From assembly GCA_018064425.1 (NCBI GenBank), contig JAGHVF010000012.1, positions 28,486 through 92,485 on the forward strand: a stretch of 64,000 bases of DNA. The letters run 5' to 3'. Numbering within the stretch: the first letter of the stretch is position 1; each line of letters begins with the position of its first letter. The position numbers were made by a program, and so were the translations under genes. This DNA is from Candidatus Colinaster equi. Lineage in GTDB: Bacteria > Bacillota > Clostridia > Lachnospirales > Lachnospiraceae. Below the pieces are notes generated by a model. It made no database searches, had not been told where the DNA came from, and saw only the letters and a program-made list of their open reading frames with translations. This document shows, piece after piece, positions 39,452-49,003 of this stretch.

Positions 39452-41636
39452 TACCTGTATCCTCCAAAACGCCGAGACCATTTTGTTCATTAAGTACTGC
39501 GCCCGTAAGCGGAGCTGTATCCGCATTATCAGACTGCATATCCTCGTCAGATAGAGGTGTAGATGAAGTTACATCACCGCCTCGAGCATCAATTTCACCG
39601 TTCTCATCAGTTTCAATCTGTTCCGTCTCTTCCTCTGTCTGAGTTTCTTCTTCGGAAATATTGGCCTGTTTGATAGTTATGCTAAGTGATTCCAATTCTT
39701 CTCTCTCAGAATCGGACAAGGGCTCTGTCATATATATATTCATATAAGGCAACACTTCCGTAAGAATATCTCTTACAATTTTCGTTGCATATTTTGCATC
39801 GTCCTGGAATACGGCATTAGGTCTGTCAACAACAACATATATTGCTATCTGAGGATTGTTGGCCGGAGCATATCCCATAAATGAAACAACGTAATTAATC
39901 TTATCTCTCGGAATTGTCTCGGCAGTTCCTGTCTTTCCTCCGATTGCATATCCCGCAGGTCTTGCGGTTTTACCGGTACCATTGGTAACAACACCGTTAC
40001 AATACTCGATAATCTTTGACGATGTCTGTGCCGATACAGTCTGTTTTAGCACACGTGGAGTAATATTCTGTACTACCGAACCATCAGCTGCCGTTATCTT
40101 CTTAACAACATGCGGCTCATAGTATTTTCCACCGTTAACCAGTGACGAAAAGGCTGTAATCATCTGAATCATAGTCACATTGAATCCTTGACCGAACGTA
40201 GATGTTGCAAGCTCTGTTTCTCCCATATTCTTGTCATTAAAAACAAGTGTATTGGTCCTGGCTTCTCCAAACAAATCAATATTTGTTTTCAATCCAAAAT
40301 TGAATTTCTCCTGATACTCAAGGAAAGTTGTCTTACCAATCTGCTTACCCATAAGCATCAAGCACACATTACACGACTTCTCAATCGCCTCACCGACAGA
40401 CAAAGTTCCGTCACCACCTGTTTTGTAATTGTGGCACTTGATATCATGATCGCCGACATGCAACTGTCCGTTACATGTATACAGCTCATTACCTGACATT
40501 TTTCCGCTCTCAAGTCCCGCCGCAACAGTAAAAGGTTTTGCAACCGAACCCGGTTCATATGTAGTGGAAATACAATAATTCTTCCACAAATTATTAAGAT
40601 TGCGATATACATCTTCATCTGTGGCAAGCAATTCGTCCATATTCTCTGCAGTTATTATCTCTGCATCATATGCCACCTTGCCATCTTCTCCGACAAATTT
40701 GGAACCGATAAGTCTTTCTGTATTTTTTGTATCATTGAGATCAAAGCACGGATATCCGGCCATTGCCAGAATATCGCCATTATTTACATCCATTATGATA
40801 CATCCCACGTTATTGGCGCCATTGCCGTCACGTGCATTATTCTTATGATCCTCATTATATTGATACAAATATTTTTCGGTTATCTGCTGAATATTTCCGT
40901 CTATGGTTGTAACGATATTGTATCCATCAATAGCAGGAACCGTAGTTCTCTCAAGAGTCTCATCATCATTAAGATAGCCGTACTCTCTACCATCCACACC
41001 GTTTAATACACTGTTATAATACTGCTCCAAGCCATACGAGCCATTGTTATCCTTGCCCGTGAATCCGATAAGATCGCAAGCCATCTCATTATTCGGATAT
41101 ACTCTTTTATATTCTTCTTCGAACCAGACGCCGCTAATTAACGGATTATCTTTCGTATTTGCTGCCATTTCTTCAAACGGTGCAATTTCATCATAGGTAA
41201 GCTGTTTTAAGGTCACATAGTATTGTGAAGTAGGATTTGCTGCAAGATACTCTCTTGCCGCACCTTCATCAAAGTCGGAAAAACATGATTTCAATGCTGC
41301 CATCGTAGCGTCAACGCTGCCTTCCTTCGCGTTCATGTTCTTACAATCAAGCACAAGATTATATACCTTCTCACTTGTTGCCAGCTTATTGCCTTTTGCA
41401 TCGAGAATATCTCCTCTCTTATAAGGAATTGTAATACTCTCATATTGTTGCTGACTAAGTACCTGCTTCTTATATTGCTCGCCATTATCTCTTGTAATGC
41501 TGATTAATTTGACGCTTAACCCAGCAAAAGCCAGCAGTACTATCAAAAATAGTACTACCAGCTTCTCTTGCATTTTCTTATTAAACGAATTATTAGATAT
41601 AGTGATATTCTCACTCTGTTTATTTCTGTTCTTCAA
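39438..41636 (-). CDS. Class B penicillin-binding protein (FtsI-like transpeptidase)
   Basis: RGDILD, KRVYP, GLEQYY, EPGSVAK (SxxK), SCN, GKTGTA. Confidence 0.93.
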   Translation of the reverse strand: MKNRNKQSENITISNNSFNKKMQEKLVVLFLIVLLAFAGLSVKLISITRDNGEQYKKQVLSQQQYESITIPYKRGDILDAKGNKLATSEKVYNLVLDCKNMNAKEGSVDATMAALKSCFSDFDEGAAREYLAANPTSQYYVTLKQLTYDEIAPFEEMAANTKDNPLISGVWFEEEYKRVYPNNEMACDLIGFTGKDNNGSYGLEQYYNSVLNGVDGREYGYLNDDETLERTTVPAIDGYNIVTTIDGNIQQITEKYLYQYNEDHKNNARDGNGANNVGCIIMDVNNGDILAMAGYPCFDLNDTKNTERLIGSKFVGEDGKVAYDAEIITAENMDELLATDEDVYRNLNNLWKNYCISTTYEPGSVAKPFTVAAGLESGKMSGNELYTCNGQLHVGDHDIKCHNYKTGGDGTLSVGEAIEKSCNVCLMLMGKQIGKTTFLEYQEKFNFGLKTNIDLFGEARTNTLVFNDKNMGETELATSTFGQGFNVTMIQMITAFSSLVNGGKYYEPHVVKKITAADGSVVQNITPRVLKQTVSAQTSSKIIEYCNGVVTNGTGKTARPAGYAIGGKTGTAETIPRDKINYVVSFMGYAPANNPQIAIYVVVDRPNAVFQDDAKYATKIVRDILTEVLPYMNIYMTEPLSDSEREELESLSITIKQANISEEETQTEEETEQIETDENGEIDARGGDVTSSTPLSDEDMQSDNADTAPLTGAVLNEQNGLGVLEDTGNDPR

Positions 41637-41652
41637 AATACTGCTCCTGATA

Positions 41653-42123
41653 CTACGGTAGTTGCTGAAGCTGTCTTACGTAATCGCTTCCCTCATCATC
41701 GATGATTACAACCTGACCTTCTTTGGCATATGTCATTCCAAGCTCTTCAACAGCTATTTTCTTGAGCTCCTCGACATTGACAGCCTCATTAATTCTGTCA
41801 AGATTTTCATCATTTGTCAACGTAAGAGAATGCAATCTGCTCTCCAGTTTTGCAACGTTCTTAATGCTTACCGTTAACTCATTCTTGGCCTCAACATATC
41901 CTAAAAGAGTAAGTGCAGTAACCATAACCGCTACACTTAAGAATAACACATATCCCAAATTCATGTAACGTGCTTTGTCACGATTCCTTCTGTTTACTTC
42001 ACGAACAGTACGTATCTGTCTGTCACTTCTGCGTTCTGCCGGCTTTCTAACCGTATTTCCATATACAATATAGTCAGCTTGTGACGCTGTTCTATTCAGT
42101 TGTCTTCCTTGACGATTGTTCAT
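41653..42123 (-). CDS. ftsL: FtsL-like cell division protein
   Basis: Single TM, coiled coil, IAVEELGM. Between rsmH and the PBP gene. Confidence 0.75.
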   Translation of the reverse strand: MNNRQGRQLNRTASQADYIVYGNTVRKPAERRSDRQIRTVREVNRRNRDKARYMNLGYVLFLSVAVMVTALTLLGYVEAKNELTVSIKNVAKLESRLHSLTLTNDENLDRINEAVNVEELKKIAVEELGMTYAKEGQVVIIDDEGSDYVRQLQQLP

Positions 42124-42150
42124 TTTTTGCCCCCCTGGCTAACATGAACA

Positions 42151-43080
42151 CTATATATGTTCAAATATTCTCAGCTTTGCACTCTTTGCTCGGCTGTTTT
42201 CTTCCATCTCTGTCTCTCCCGGAAGAATAGGTTTTCTTGTAATCACTTTGCCTTTACTTACCTTGCCGCACACACATACCGGGAATTCCGGTGGACAGGT
42301 GCACGGATTCTCGTTTGCCCTAAAGCTTGACTTTACAATTCTGTCCTCCAAAGAATGAAATGTAATAATTGCAAGTCTGCCGTTAGGCCCCAGCAAATCA
42401 ATCATGCTGTCAAGAGATTGTTTTAATACATCCAGTTCTCTGTTACATTCTATTCTGATTGCCTGAAAAGTCTTCTTTGACGGATGTCCGTTCTTACGCA
42501 TCTTTGCCGGAATCGAATTCTTTATTATTTCGTTCAGTTCAAAGGTGGTAGCAATCGGATGTTGCTGTCTTTCCATAACAATGTGTTTTGCAATATTCTG
42601 AGCAAACTGCTCTTCGCCATAATCTCTGATTATTCTAAACAGTTCCTTTTCGGAATAACCGTTTACTATTTCCTTTGCCGTAAGTGTCTGGCGTCTGTCC
42701 ATTCTCATATCAAGCGCAGAATCAAATCTATAGGAAAATCCTCGTTCCACAGTATCAAGCTGATATGATGACACTCCCAAATCAAGTAAAATACCATCTA
42801 CCGTCTCAACACCAAGCTCGGATAATACATTACTCATATTGCTGTAATTGCTTCTTACAATAGTTGTTCTGCTATCTGCACCGATTCTGTCAGTCGCCGC
42901 TTCTATTGCCGCCTCATCCTGATCGATACCGATTAGTCTGCCGTTCTCTCCAAGTCTCTCAAGAATATGAGACGAATGACCGGCGCCTCCTAAAGTTCCG
43001 TCAACATATATTCCGTTTTTCTTAATTGCAAGTCCCTCTAACACTTCATCAAGAAGAACCGATTTATGTTCGAAAACCAT
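42151..43080 (-). CDS. rsmH: 16S rRNA m4C1402 methyltransferase
   Basis: [47 protein letters not shown]. Confidence 0.98.
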   Translation of the reverse strand: MVFEHKSVLLDEVLEGLAIKKNGIYVDGTLGGAGHSSHILERLGENGRLIGIDQDEAAIEAATDRIGADSRTTIVRSNYSNMSNVLSELGVETVDGILLDLGVSSYQLDTVERGFSYRFDSALDMRMDRRQTLTAKEIVNGYSEKELFRIIRDYGEEQFAQNIAKHIVMERQQHPIATTFELNEIIKNSIPAKMRKNGHPSKKTFQAIRIECNRELDVLKQSLDSMIDLLGPNGRLAIITFHSLEDRIVKSSFRANENPCTCPPEFPVCVCGKVSKGKVITRKPILPGETEMEENSRAKSAKLRIFEHI

Positions 43081-43097
43081 TCATTTCTCCGCTATCG

Positions 43098-43529
43098 TTA
43101 TATACTCAGTCCAAGTGCTGCCATATGTTCTGCGATATCTTCAACATCATCAAAATCAGCTGTACCTTCCCAATTCTCTTTGCTCCATATTTCAACACGG
43201 CTGGCTACTCCGATCAGCACAACATCCTTTGTTAATCCGGCAAATTCACGCAACACACTCGGTAACAGTATTCTTCCTTGTTTGTCAACCTCAACATCGG
43301 TTGCTCCTGCCAAGAAGAATCTTACAAAAGCTCTCGCATCTTTATTGGTAATTGGAAGTGTTTTTAGCTTTTCTTCAAAAGCCGCCCATTCTGTCATGTC
43401 ATACACAAACAAGCATCCGTCAAGTCCCTTGGTAACAACGAATCTGTCTCCAAGAGCTTCGCGAAACTTTGCGGGTACAATTACTCTTCCCTTTGGATCA
43501 ATTGTGTGATTGTACTCTCCCATAAACAT
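43098..43529 (-). CDS. mraZ: Transcriptional regulator MraZ
   Basis: [16 protein letters not shown], second DKQGRI repeat, RVEIW. Start moved to ATG 43529. Confidence 0.97.
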   Translation of the reverse strand: MFMGEYNHTIDPKGRVIVPAKFREALGDRFVVTKGLDGCLFVYDMTEWAAFEEKLKTLPITNKDARAFVRFFLAGATDVEVDKQGRILLPSVLREFAGLTKDVVLIGVASRVEIWSKENWEGTADFDDVEDIAEHMAALGLSI

Positions 43530-43583
43530 GTGTATCACCGTAACCCTTTTGAAATGTTATCCACAAAGTTGATGACATATCCA

Positions 43584-43628
43584 CCACTTTGTTCCACTTT
43601 CTTACCATTTCCATCCACTTTTAACCAC
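43584..43628 (-). promoter_or_regulatory. MraZ-binding GTGG repeat array
   Basis: Plus-strand CCAC at 43584, 43594, (CCAT 43605), 43615, 43625, i.e. minus-strand GTGG at 10-11 bp periodicity upstream of mraZ. Confidence 0.85.
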
Positions 43629-43745
43629 ATTTTATATCATTTTCTAGTAAAATGCAATAGAAACCATGCATCAAATTTGCTGTAAACGCCTATTTTATGC
43701 GTTTTTCATCACTTCTCATTATGTGGAGGGCATATTTGGACACGC

Positions 43746-43780
43746 AAAAAAGAGCCACCACTATATCTAGTGGCGACTCT
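43746..43780 (-). terminator. Terminator of ychF
   Basis: Minus strand AGAGTCGCCACTA/TAGTGGTGGCTCT stem (G-U pairs) plus a T-run. Confidence 0.8.
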
Positions 43781-43841
43781 TTATTTATAGTCATACTATA
43801 CATTTTTCGTATCAAAACTTTGTTAGTTTTTAACAACAGTC

Positions 43842-44939
43842 TTACACATTGAATCTGAACAAAATTACATCTCCGTCTTTAACAACGTAATCCTTACCTT
43901 CCATTCCCACAAGGCCCTTATCTCTTGCAGCACTAAGGGAACCACATTCGAGAAGATTCTTATAATTAACAACTTCCGCCTTAATAAATCCTCTCTCAAA
44001 ATCGGTATGTATCTTACCTGCAGCCTGCGGAGCCTTGGTGCCTATCTTGATTGTCCAGGCACGAGTCTCATCTTCACCTGCGGTCAAGAAACTCATCAAA
44101 TTAAGAATCTTGTAGCTTGCCTTGATCAATTTATCAAGTCCCGACTCCGACAAGCCCAAATCCTCAAGGAACATCTGCTTCTCGTCGTCATCAAGCTCTG
44201 CGATTTCCTGTTCAATCTGTGCACAAATTACAAACACTTCAGAACCATTGGAAGCAGCAAATTCTCTTACCTTTCCAACATTGGCATTATTAGCGGCATC
44301 ATCTGCCAAATCATCCTCAGCAACATTTGTAGCAAAAATGACCGGCTTCGCTGTCAACAAATTGTACTCAGCAAACCACTTCTCTTCATCTTCATCGTTC
44401 AATTCAAATGAAATAGCAAGTTTACCTGCTTCCAAATGCTCAATAAGTCTCTTAAGCATCTGTGCTTCTTTTGCAATCTTCTTATCATTACAAGCAGCTC
44501 TTCCCTGCTTGGCAAGTCTTCTTTCAAGCACCTCGACATCAGCGAAAATAAGTTCCAAATTGATTGTCTCAATATCACGCAGCGGATCGATTGAACCGTC
44601 TACATGTACAACATTAGGGTCTTCAAAGCATCTAACCACATGAACAATTGCATCAACCTCACGAATATTTGCAAGGAACTGATTGCCCAAGCCTTCGCCT
44701 TTGGATGCTCCCTTTACAAGACCTGCAATATCAACAAATTCTATAACAGCCGGTGTAACCTTCTTAGAATGATACATATCACCAAGAAGTTTAAGTCTTT
44801 CATCCGGCACCGTTACTATTCCAACGTTGGGATCAATAGTACAAAACGGATAATTAGCCGATTCTGCTCCCGCTTTTGTAAGTGAATTAAAAAGTGTCGA
44901 CTTACCCACGTTAGGAAGTCCAACGATTCCGAGTTTCAT
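43842..44939 (-). CDS. ychF: Obg-like ATPase YchF
   Basis: GIVGLPNVGKST, NYPFCTIDPN, DIAGLV, IHTDFERGFI, FRFNV. Start moved to ATG 44939. Confidence 0.98.
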   Translation of the reverse strand: MKLGIVGLPNVGKSTLFNSLTKAGAESANYPFCTIDPNVGIVTVPDERLKLLGDMYHSKKVTPAVIEFVDIAGLVKGASKGEGLGNQFLANIREVDAIVHVVRCFEDPNVVHVDGSIDPLRDIETINLELIFADVEVLERRLAKQGRAACNDKKIAKEAQMLKRLIEHLEAGKLAISFELNDEDEEKWFAEYNLLTAKPVIFATNVAEDDLADDAANNANVGKVREFAASNGSEVFVICAQIEQEIAELDDDEKQMFLEDLGLSESGLDKLIKASYKILNLMSFLTAGEDETRAWTIKIGTKAPQAAGKIHTDFERGFIKAEVVNYKNLLECGSLSAARDKGLVGMEGKDYVVKDGDVILFRFNV

Positions 44940-45063
44940 ATTCTTCTCCTTTGAGGACGATTCTTTTGTCACAAAAAGCATCTCATCCAACATATATTTT
45001 TACAAACAAATAGAATAATATCACAACAAAATAGAAATCTCAATAATGATGCTACAACCTCTT

Positions 45064-46944
45064 TCACCGTGATGGTTTCAGCCTTGGTCCATAATGTTTT
45101 CCCACTATCCTAAGCAATAGATTTATAACGGAAGCCAGGATAAAGTACACAAGAGCCGTAACAAGCAACGGGAAGAGCGCTTCATATGTAGCACTTCTTA
45201 TCAAATCTGATGATTTGGTCAAATCAACTACCGCAATATATCCGGCCACACTGGTCAGCTTGATAAGCGAAACAACCTGACCACAATAAACAGGAAGAAT
45301 GCCTATCAATGCTTGCGGTAATACAACTCTTGTAAAAGCACCTACTTCGGAAAATCCCAAAGCTCTGGCCGCAATTCTCTGTCCCCTTGGCACGCTTTCA
45401 ATGTTGGTTCTGAATATCTCCGAGCAATATGCGGAAAAATCCAGTGAAAAGCCGACAACGCATATCCACCTGCTGTCTATTCCGGTACCTGCAAAAACAA
45501 CATAAAATAGAAGCAGCAATAATACAACAATCGGCATGCCCTGCACAAGCTTAATATATATAATGGAAAACGCTTCGCAAAATGTGTTACCGCTCATTCT
45601 CAGCGCACATATGATGCCACCAAGAACAGTTCCCAACAATATTGACAATAACGAAATGGTTATTGTTACATTTAATCCGTCAAAAAGCATTTGATACCTT
45701 TTTTGCGTAATAAAACAATTAACAAAGCTTTCCTTTATTGACTGCACAAACGCCTGAGCTTTCGGCACTTCCTTAATTGCGTCTGTATCAGCCTTCGTTA
45801 CAAGGATTGTAGCTTCTTCAAGTATTGTATCCGAAAAAATAACATTCTTTTTTCTTTCTTCATTTTCCGAAGCAATATCTGCCACCATATCATACTCTCC
45901 GGTGGCAACACCCGCCAGTTCACCATCTATATCAGCTATACTAAATTGCGGAGTATATCCGTATTCCTTACAAAACATATATGTCAACTCAACATACATA
46001 CCCGATAACTCGTTATTATATATAAATGACATCGGCGTCCATTTTCCAAGCGTTACAACCGATATTTGACCGTTATCAACATCAGGCTTGTAGCTATCGA
46101 CATCAATCACATATTTGCTTTCATCCTGGCTCTGCCACTTTGCCAGCATCTCATCGTATACTCCGGATTCGCGGCATTTTTTATAAAAATCATTGAATTC
46201 CTTACACAGTTTGTTACCCTTGTCATTTCTCGGAAACATAAATGAAAACTTATTAACATAACAATTCTCCGGAAGAGCCGCAATGTCTTCAAATTGTGCC
46301 AGTTGCTCTTCTCGTGTGTTATCAAAAGCAGAACCGTAGTCTACCGCGCCAATACTGACCGCCTGCAAAATATCAGGCAGTGCCGGATAATACTTAAATT
46401 GACAATCGTGGAATCTCTCCTCCAAGTGTATCTGGTCATCAGTTCCGCTCATGCATGCGATTGTTGCTCCCGCATTTTCAACATCCTTGAATGTCTTATT
46501 CGTTGTGCCATACTTATAGCGTTCCTTTTTAATAACCACGAAATTTTCAACACCATCAACGATCAGAGCACCCGGAAGAATGTATAATTCCTCATACTTA
46601 TCACGCAGAAGAATCGCTTCTTCAAAGGAACATACAAAAAAATCAGCATTCTCTTTATCCAATGCATTTGCAACTTCATCAACATCTGTATATTCCACTA
46701 CCTTTGATTGAGGATATTTATTATGTACCGTCTTATCGGCCACATCGCTATTAATCACAGCAGCTGTCATTCCATCAAGCGTAAATACACCTTCAATATC
46801 TCCCGAAATATCATTTTGTGTCGTTGTACCGCAAACATTCGGTAATAGAATTGCAAGAAATATCGCAATACAAATTATTATTTCTGCAATCAAAAGTCTT
46901 TTTCTTTTTTCCATAGAACCCAATCCGCAACTTTTCATCTTCAC
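45064..46944 (-). CDS. Polar amino-acid ABC transporter, fused solute-binding domain(s) and permease
   Basis: N-terminal signal/TM, family-3 SBP segments, C-terminal HisM/GlnP permease (GMPIVV, AYCSEIFR, GQ-x-x-AARALG, IKLTSV). The start may be ATG 46914. Confidence 0.85.
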   Translation of the reverse strand: MKMKSCGLGSMEKRKRLLIAEIIICIAIFLAILLPNVCGTTTQNDISGDIEGVFTLDGMTAAVINSDVADKTVHNKYPQSKVVEYTDVDEVANALDKENADFFVCSFEEAILLRDKYEELYILPGALIVDGVENFVVIKKERYKYGTTNKTFKDVENAGATIACMSGTDDQIHLEERFHDCQFKYYPALPDILQAVSIGAVDYGSAFDNTREEQLAQFEDIAALPENCYVNKFSFMFPRNDKGNKLCKEFNDFYKKCRESGVYDEMLAKWQSQDESKYVIDVDSYKPDVDNGQISVVTLGKWTPMSFIYNNELSGMYVELTYMFCKEYGYTPQFSIADIDGELAGVATGEYDMVADIASENEERKKNVIFSDTILEEATILVTKADTDAIKEVPKAQAFVQSIKESFVNCFITQKRYQMLFDGLNVTITISLLSILLGTVLGGIICALRMSGNTFCEAFSIIYIKLVQGMPIVVLLLLLFYVVFAGTGIDSRWICVVGFSLDFSAYCSEIFRTNIESVPRGQRIAARALGFSEVGAFTRVVLPQALIGILPVYCGQVVSLIKLTSVAGYIAVVDLTKSSDLIRSATYEALFPLLVTALVYFILASVINLLLRIVGKHYGPRLKPSR

Positions 46945-46964
46945 TCCACATCAACTAACAACAC

Positions 46965-48050
46965 TTACATTTCTATACTAACAGTATTAATCTTACTTTC
47001 CGTATCATATGAATGTTCAATCTTCTTCACAGCATTTTTAAGAATTTGACCGGACAACTCATCACCCAGTTCTATCGGATTAATACATTCACCTTTGTAA
47101 GATATTGTACCTTCGATAATTTCGTATTTTTCGGAATATGAGAATATCAACTCCACCTCTGTTTGTGCCGAAAGCGCAGGTAACAGCTTAAGTGCAACAA
47201 GTTCCTCCACCACCGTATACATTTGAATAACTCTGTTATGCGAAATATTATATCTGCAGGCATAATCGGCAATCTGTGAATTGATTTTATAAAAATCAAA
47301 GGATTTAACCGCAAAGCTGATATTCAAATCTTTCATCTTTCTGATAAAATGTCTGGTTTTATCCTTTGTAGGATTGTCGAATATCTGCTCGGATGTACCT
47401 TCCTCATATATAACACCTTCATCAAGATAAAATACTCTGTCGGAGATTTCTTTAGCAAATGCCATTTCATGAGTAACGATAATCATCGTCATTTTTTGTT
47501 TCTTTAACTGCTTTATTACTGCTAAAACTTCATCCACCATAGTAGGATCAAGTGCAGATGTCGGTTCATCAAAAAGAATCACTTCCGGATTCATTGCAAT
47601 CACTCGCACAATCGCAACTCTTTGCTGCTGACCTCCCGATAATTCAAACGGATAAGCTGTCGCTTTATCCTCCAAATATACCATTCGCAGTAATTCCATC
47701 GCTCTGTCATAAGCCTGTTTCTTTGGTACCTTTAAGAGCTTACATGGTCCTAACATTATATTCTCAATAATGGTCTTGTCACTAAACAAATCAAAAGACT
47801 GAAATACCATTCCAACACGTTTACGCAGCTTATTTACATCAACACCGGCTGTAATATCCATACCATCAAAGATAATTTTTCCGCTCGTCGGCTTTTCCAA
47901 AAGATTGAGGCATCGGATAAATGTACTTTTTCCTGTACCCGATGGACCGATTATGGATATTACCTCCCCTTTATTGATTTCACATGATATATCTTTTATT
48001 GGTGTAACATTATTATAGGATTTACTTAAATGTTCAACCTTAATTAACAT
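46965..48050 (-). CDS. Polar amino-acid ABC transporter ATPase (GlnQ-like) with C-terminal extension
   Basis: [39 protein letters not shown], plus about 120 extra C-terminal residues. Confidence 0.9.
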   Translation of the reverse strand: MLIKVEHLSKSYNNVTPIKDISCEINKGEVISIIGPSGTGKSTFIRCLNLLEKPTSGKIIFDGMDITAGVDVNKLRKRVGMVFQSFDLFSDKTIIENIMLGPCKLLKVPKKQAYDRAMELLRMVYLEDKATAYPFELSGGQQQRVAIVRVIAMNPEVILFDEPTSALDPTMVDEVLAVIKQLKKQKMTMIIVTHEMAFAKEISDRVFYLDEGVIYEEGTSEQIFDNPTKDKTRHFIRKMKDLNISFAVKSFDFYKINSQIADYACRYNISHNRVIQMYTVVEELVALKLLPALSAQTEVELIFSYSEKYEIIEGTISYKGECINPIELGDELSGQILKNAVKKIEHSYDTESKINTVSIEM

Positions 48051-48120
48051 ACATACCTCCGTACCACGAACATAATAGTATTCACATCATTACTTTCACA
48101 TTTTACAACAGTTTGAGTTT

Positions 48121-48996
48121 CTAATATTTTCGCTTTTCGGCTAATTCATTTAACAACAGCTTATAATTATCATACCTTAGCGAACTAATCGCGCCGTCTG
48201 TAACCGCAGCCTTGACCGCGCAGCCCGGCTCGTTGTCGTGAACACAATTCATGAATTTGCACTGATTAGCATATTCACCGAATTCCGTGTAATACTCCTT
48301 CAGTTCTTCTTTCTCTATATCAAAAAGATTGAGCGAGCTAAATCCCGGCGTATCAAGAATATATGTATCCGCATCTATGGCAATCATCTCGGAATGTCTC
48401 GTTGTATGCTTGCCTCTTTCAATCTTACTGCTTATCTCTCCGGTCTCCATAACAACATTGCCCTGCAGTGCATTAATAATACTCGATTTGCCGACGCCGC
48501 TCGGACCGGCAACCGTTGTTGTCTTATGCAAAAGCAGCTCTTTTATTGTATCGAGTCCTTCTGTTTCAAGAGCACTTACAAATAACACCCTGCATCCTGA
48601 TGACTCATAGACAACCTTCAAACGCTGTTTCTCTTCTTCGGTCGCTATATCCTGCTTATTGAAACAAATAATACACGGCAATCCCTTTTGCTCCATCATA
48701 ATAATAAATCTGTCCAAAAGGTTGAAGTTGGGTTCGGGCTTTGCAATTGCAAAAATAATAAGTGCCTGATCCACATTGGCTACGGCCGGTCGTATTATCT
48801 CACTGTGTCTTTCCAGAATCTGTGTTATATTGCCGATGCACGCTTTCTCATCAAGTACATCAAACAGCACATCATCACCGACTAACGGTTTTACCTTATC
48901 TTTTCTGAAAGCGCCTTTGGCTTTACATTCAAAAATGTGGCTTCCATTATGTACGTAATAGAAGCCACCAATTCCTTTAATTATTTTTCCCTGCAT
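48121..48996 (-). CDS. rsgA: Ribosome small subunit-dependent GTPase A
   Basis: RPAVANVD, NKQD, GPSGVGKSS, GKHTTR, DTPGF, C-x-F-x-x-C-x-H...EPGC. Confidence 0.97.
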   Translation of the reverse strand: MQGKIIKGIGGFYYVHNGSHIFECKAKGAFRKDKVKPLVGDDVLFDVLDEKACIGNITQILERHSEIIRPAVANVDQALIIFAIAKPEPNFNLLDRFIIMMEQKGLPCIICFNKQDIATEEEKQRLKVVYESSGCRVLFVSALETEGLDTIKELLLHKTTTVAGPSGVGKSSIINALQGNVVMETGEISSKIERGKHTTRHSEMIAIDADTYILDTPGFSSLNLFDIEKEELKEYYTEFGEYANQCKFMNCVHDNEPGCAVKAAVTDGAISSLRYDNYKLLLNELAEKRKY

Positions 48997-49003
48997 ATAC
49001 ATC

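Noticed and set aside
43584-43628. Periodic CCAC repeats as a novel repeat or mini-CRISPR
   Set aside because: They match the known MraZ-binding GTGG array upstream of mraZ.
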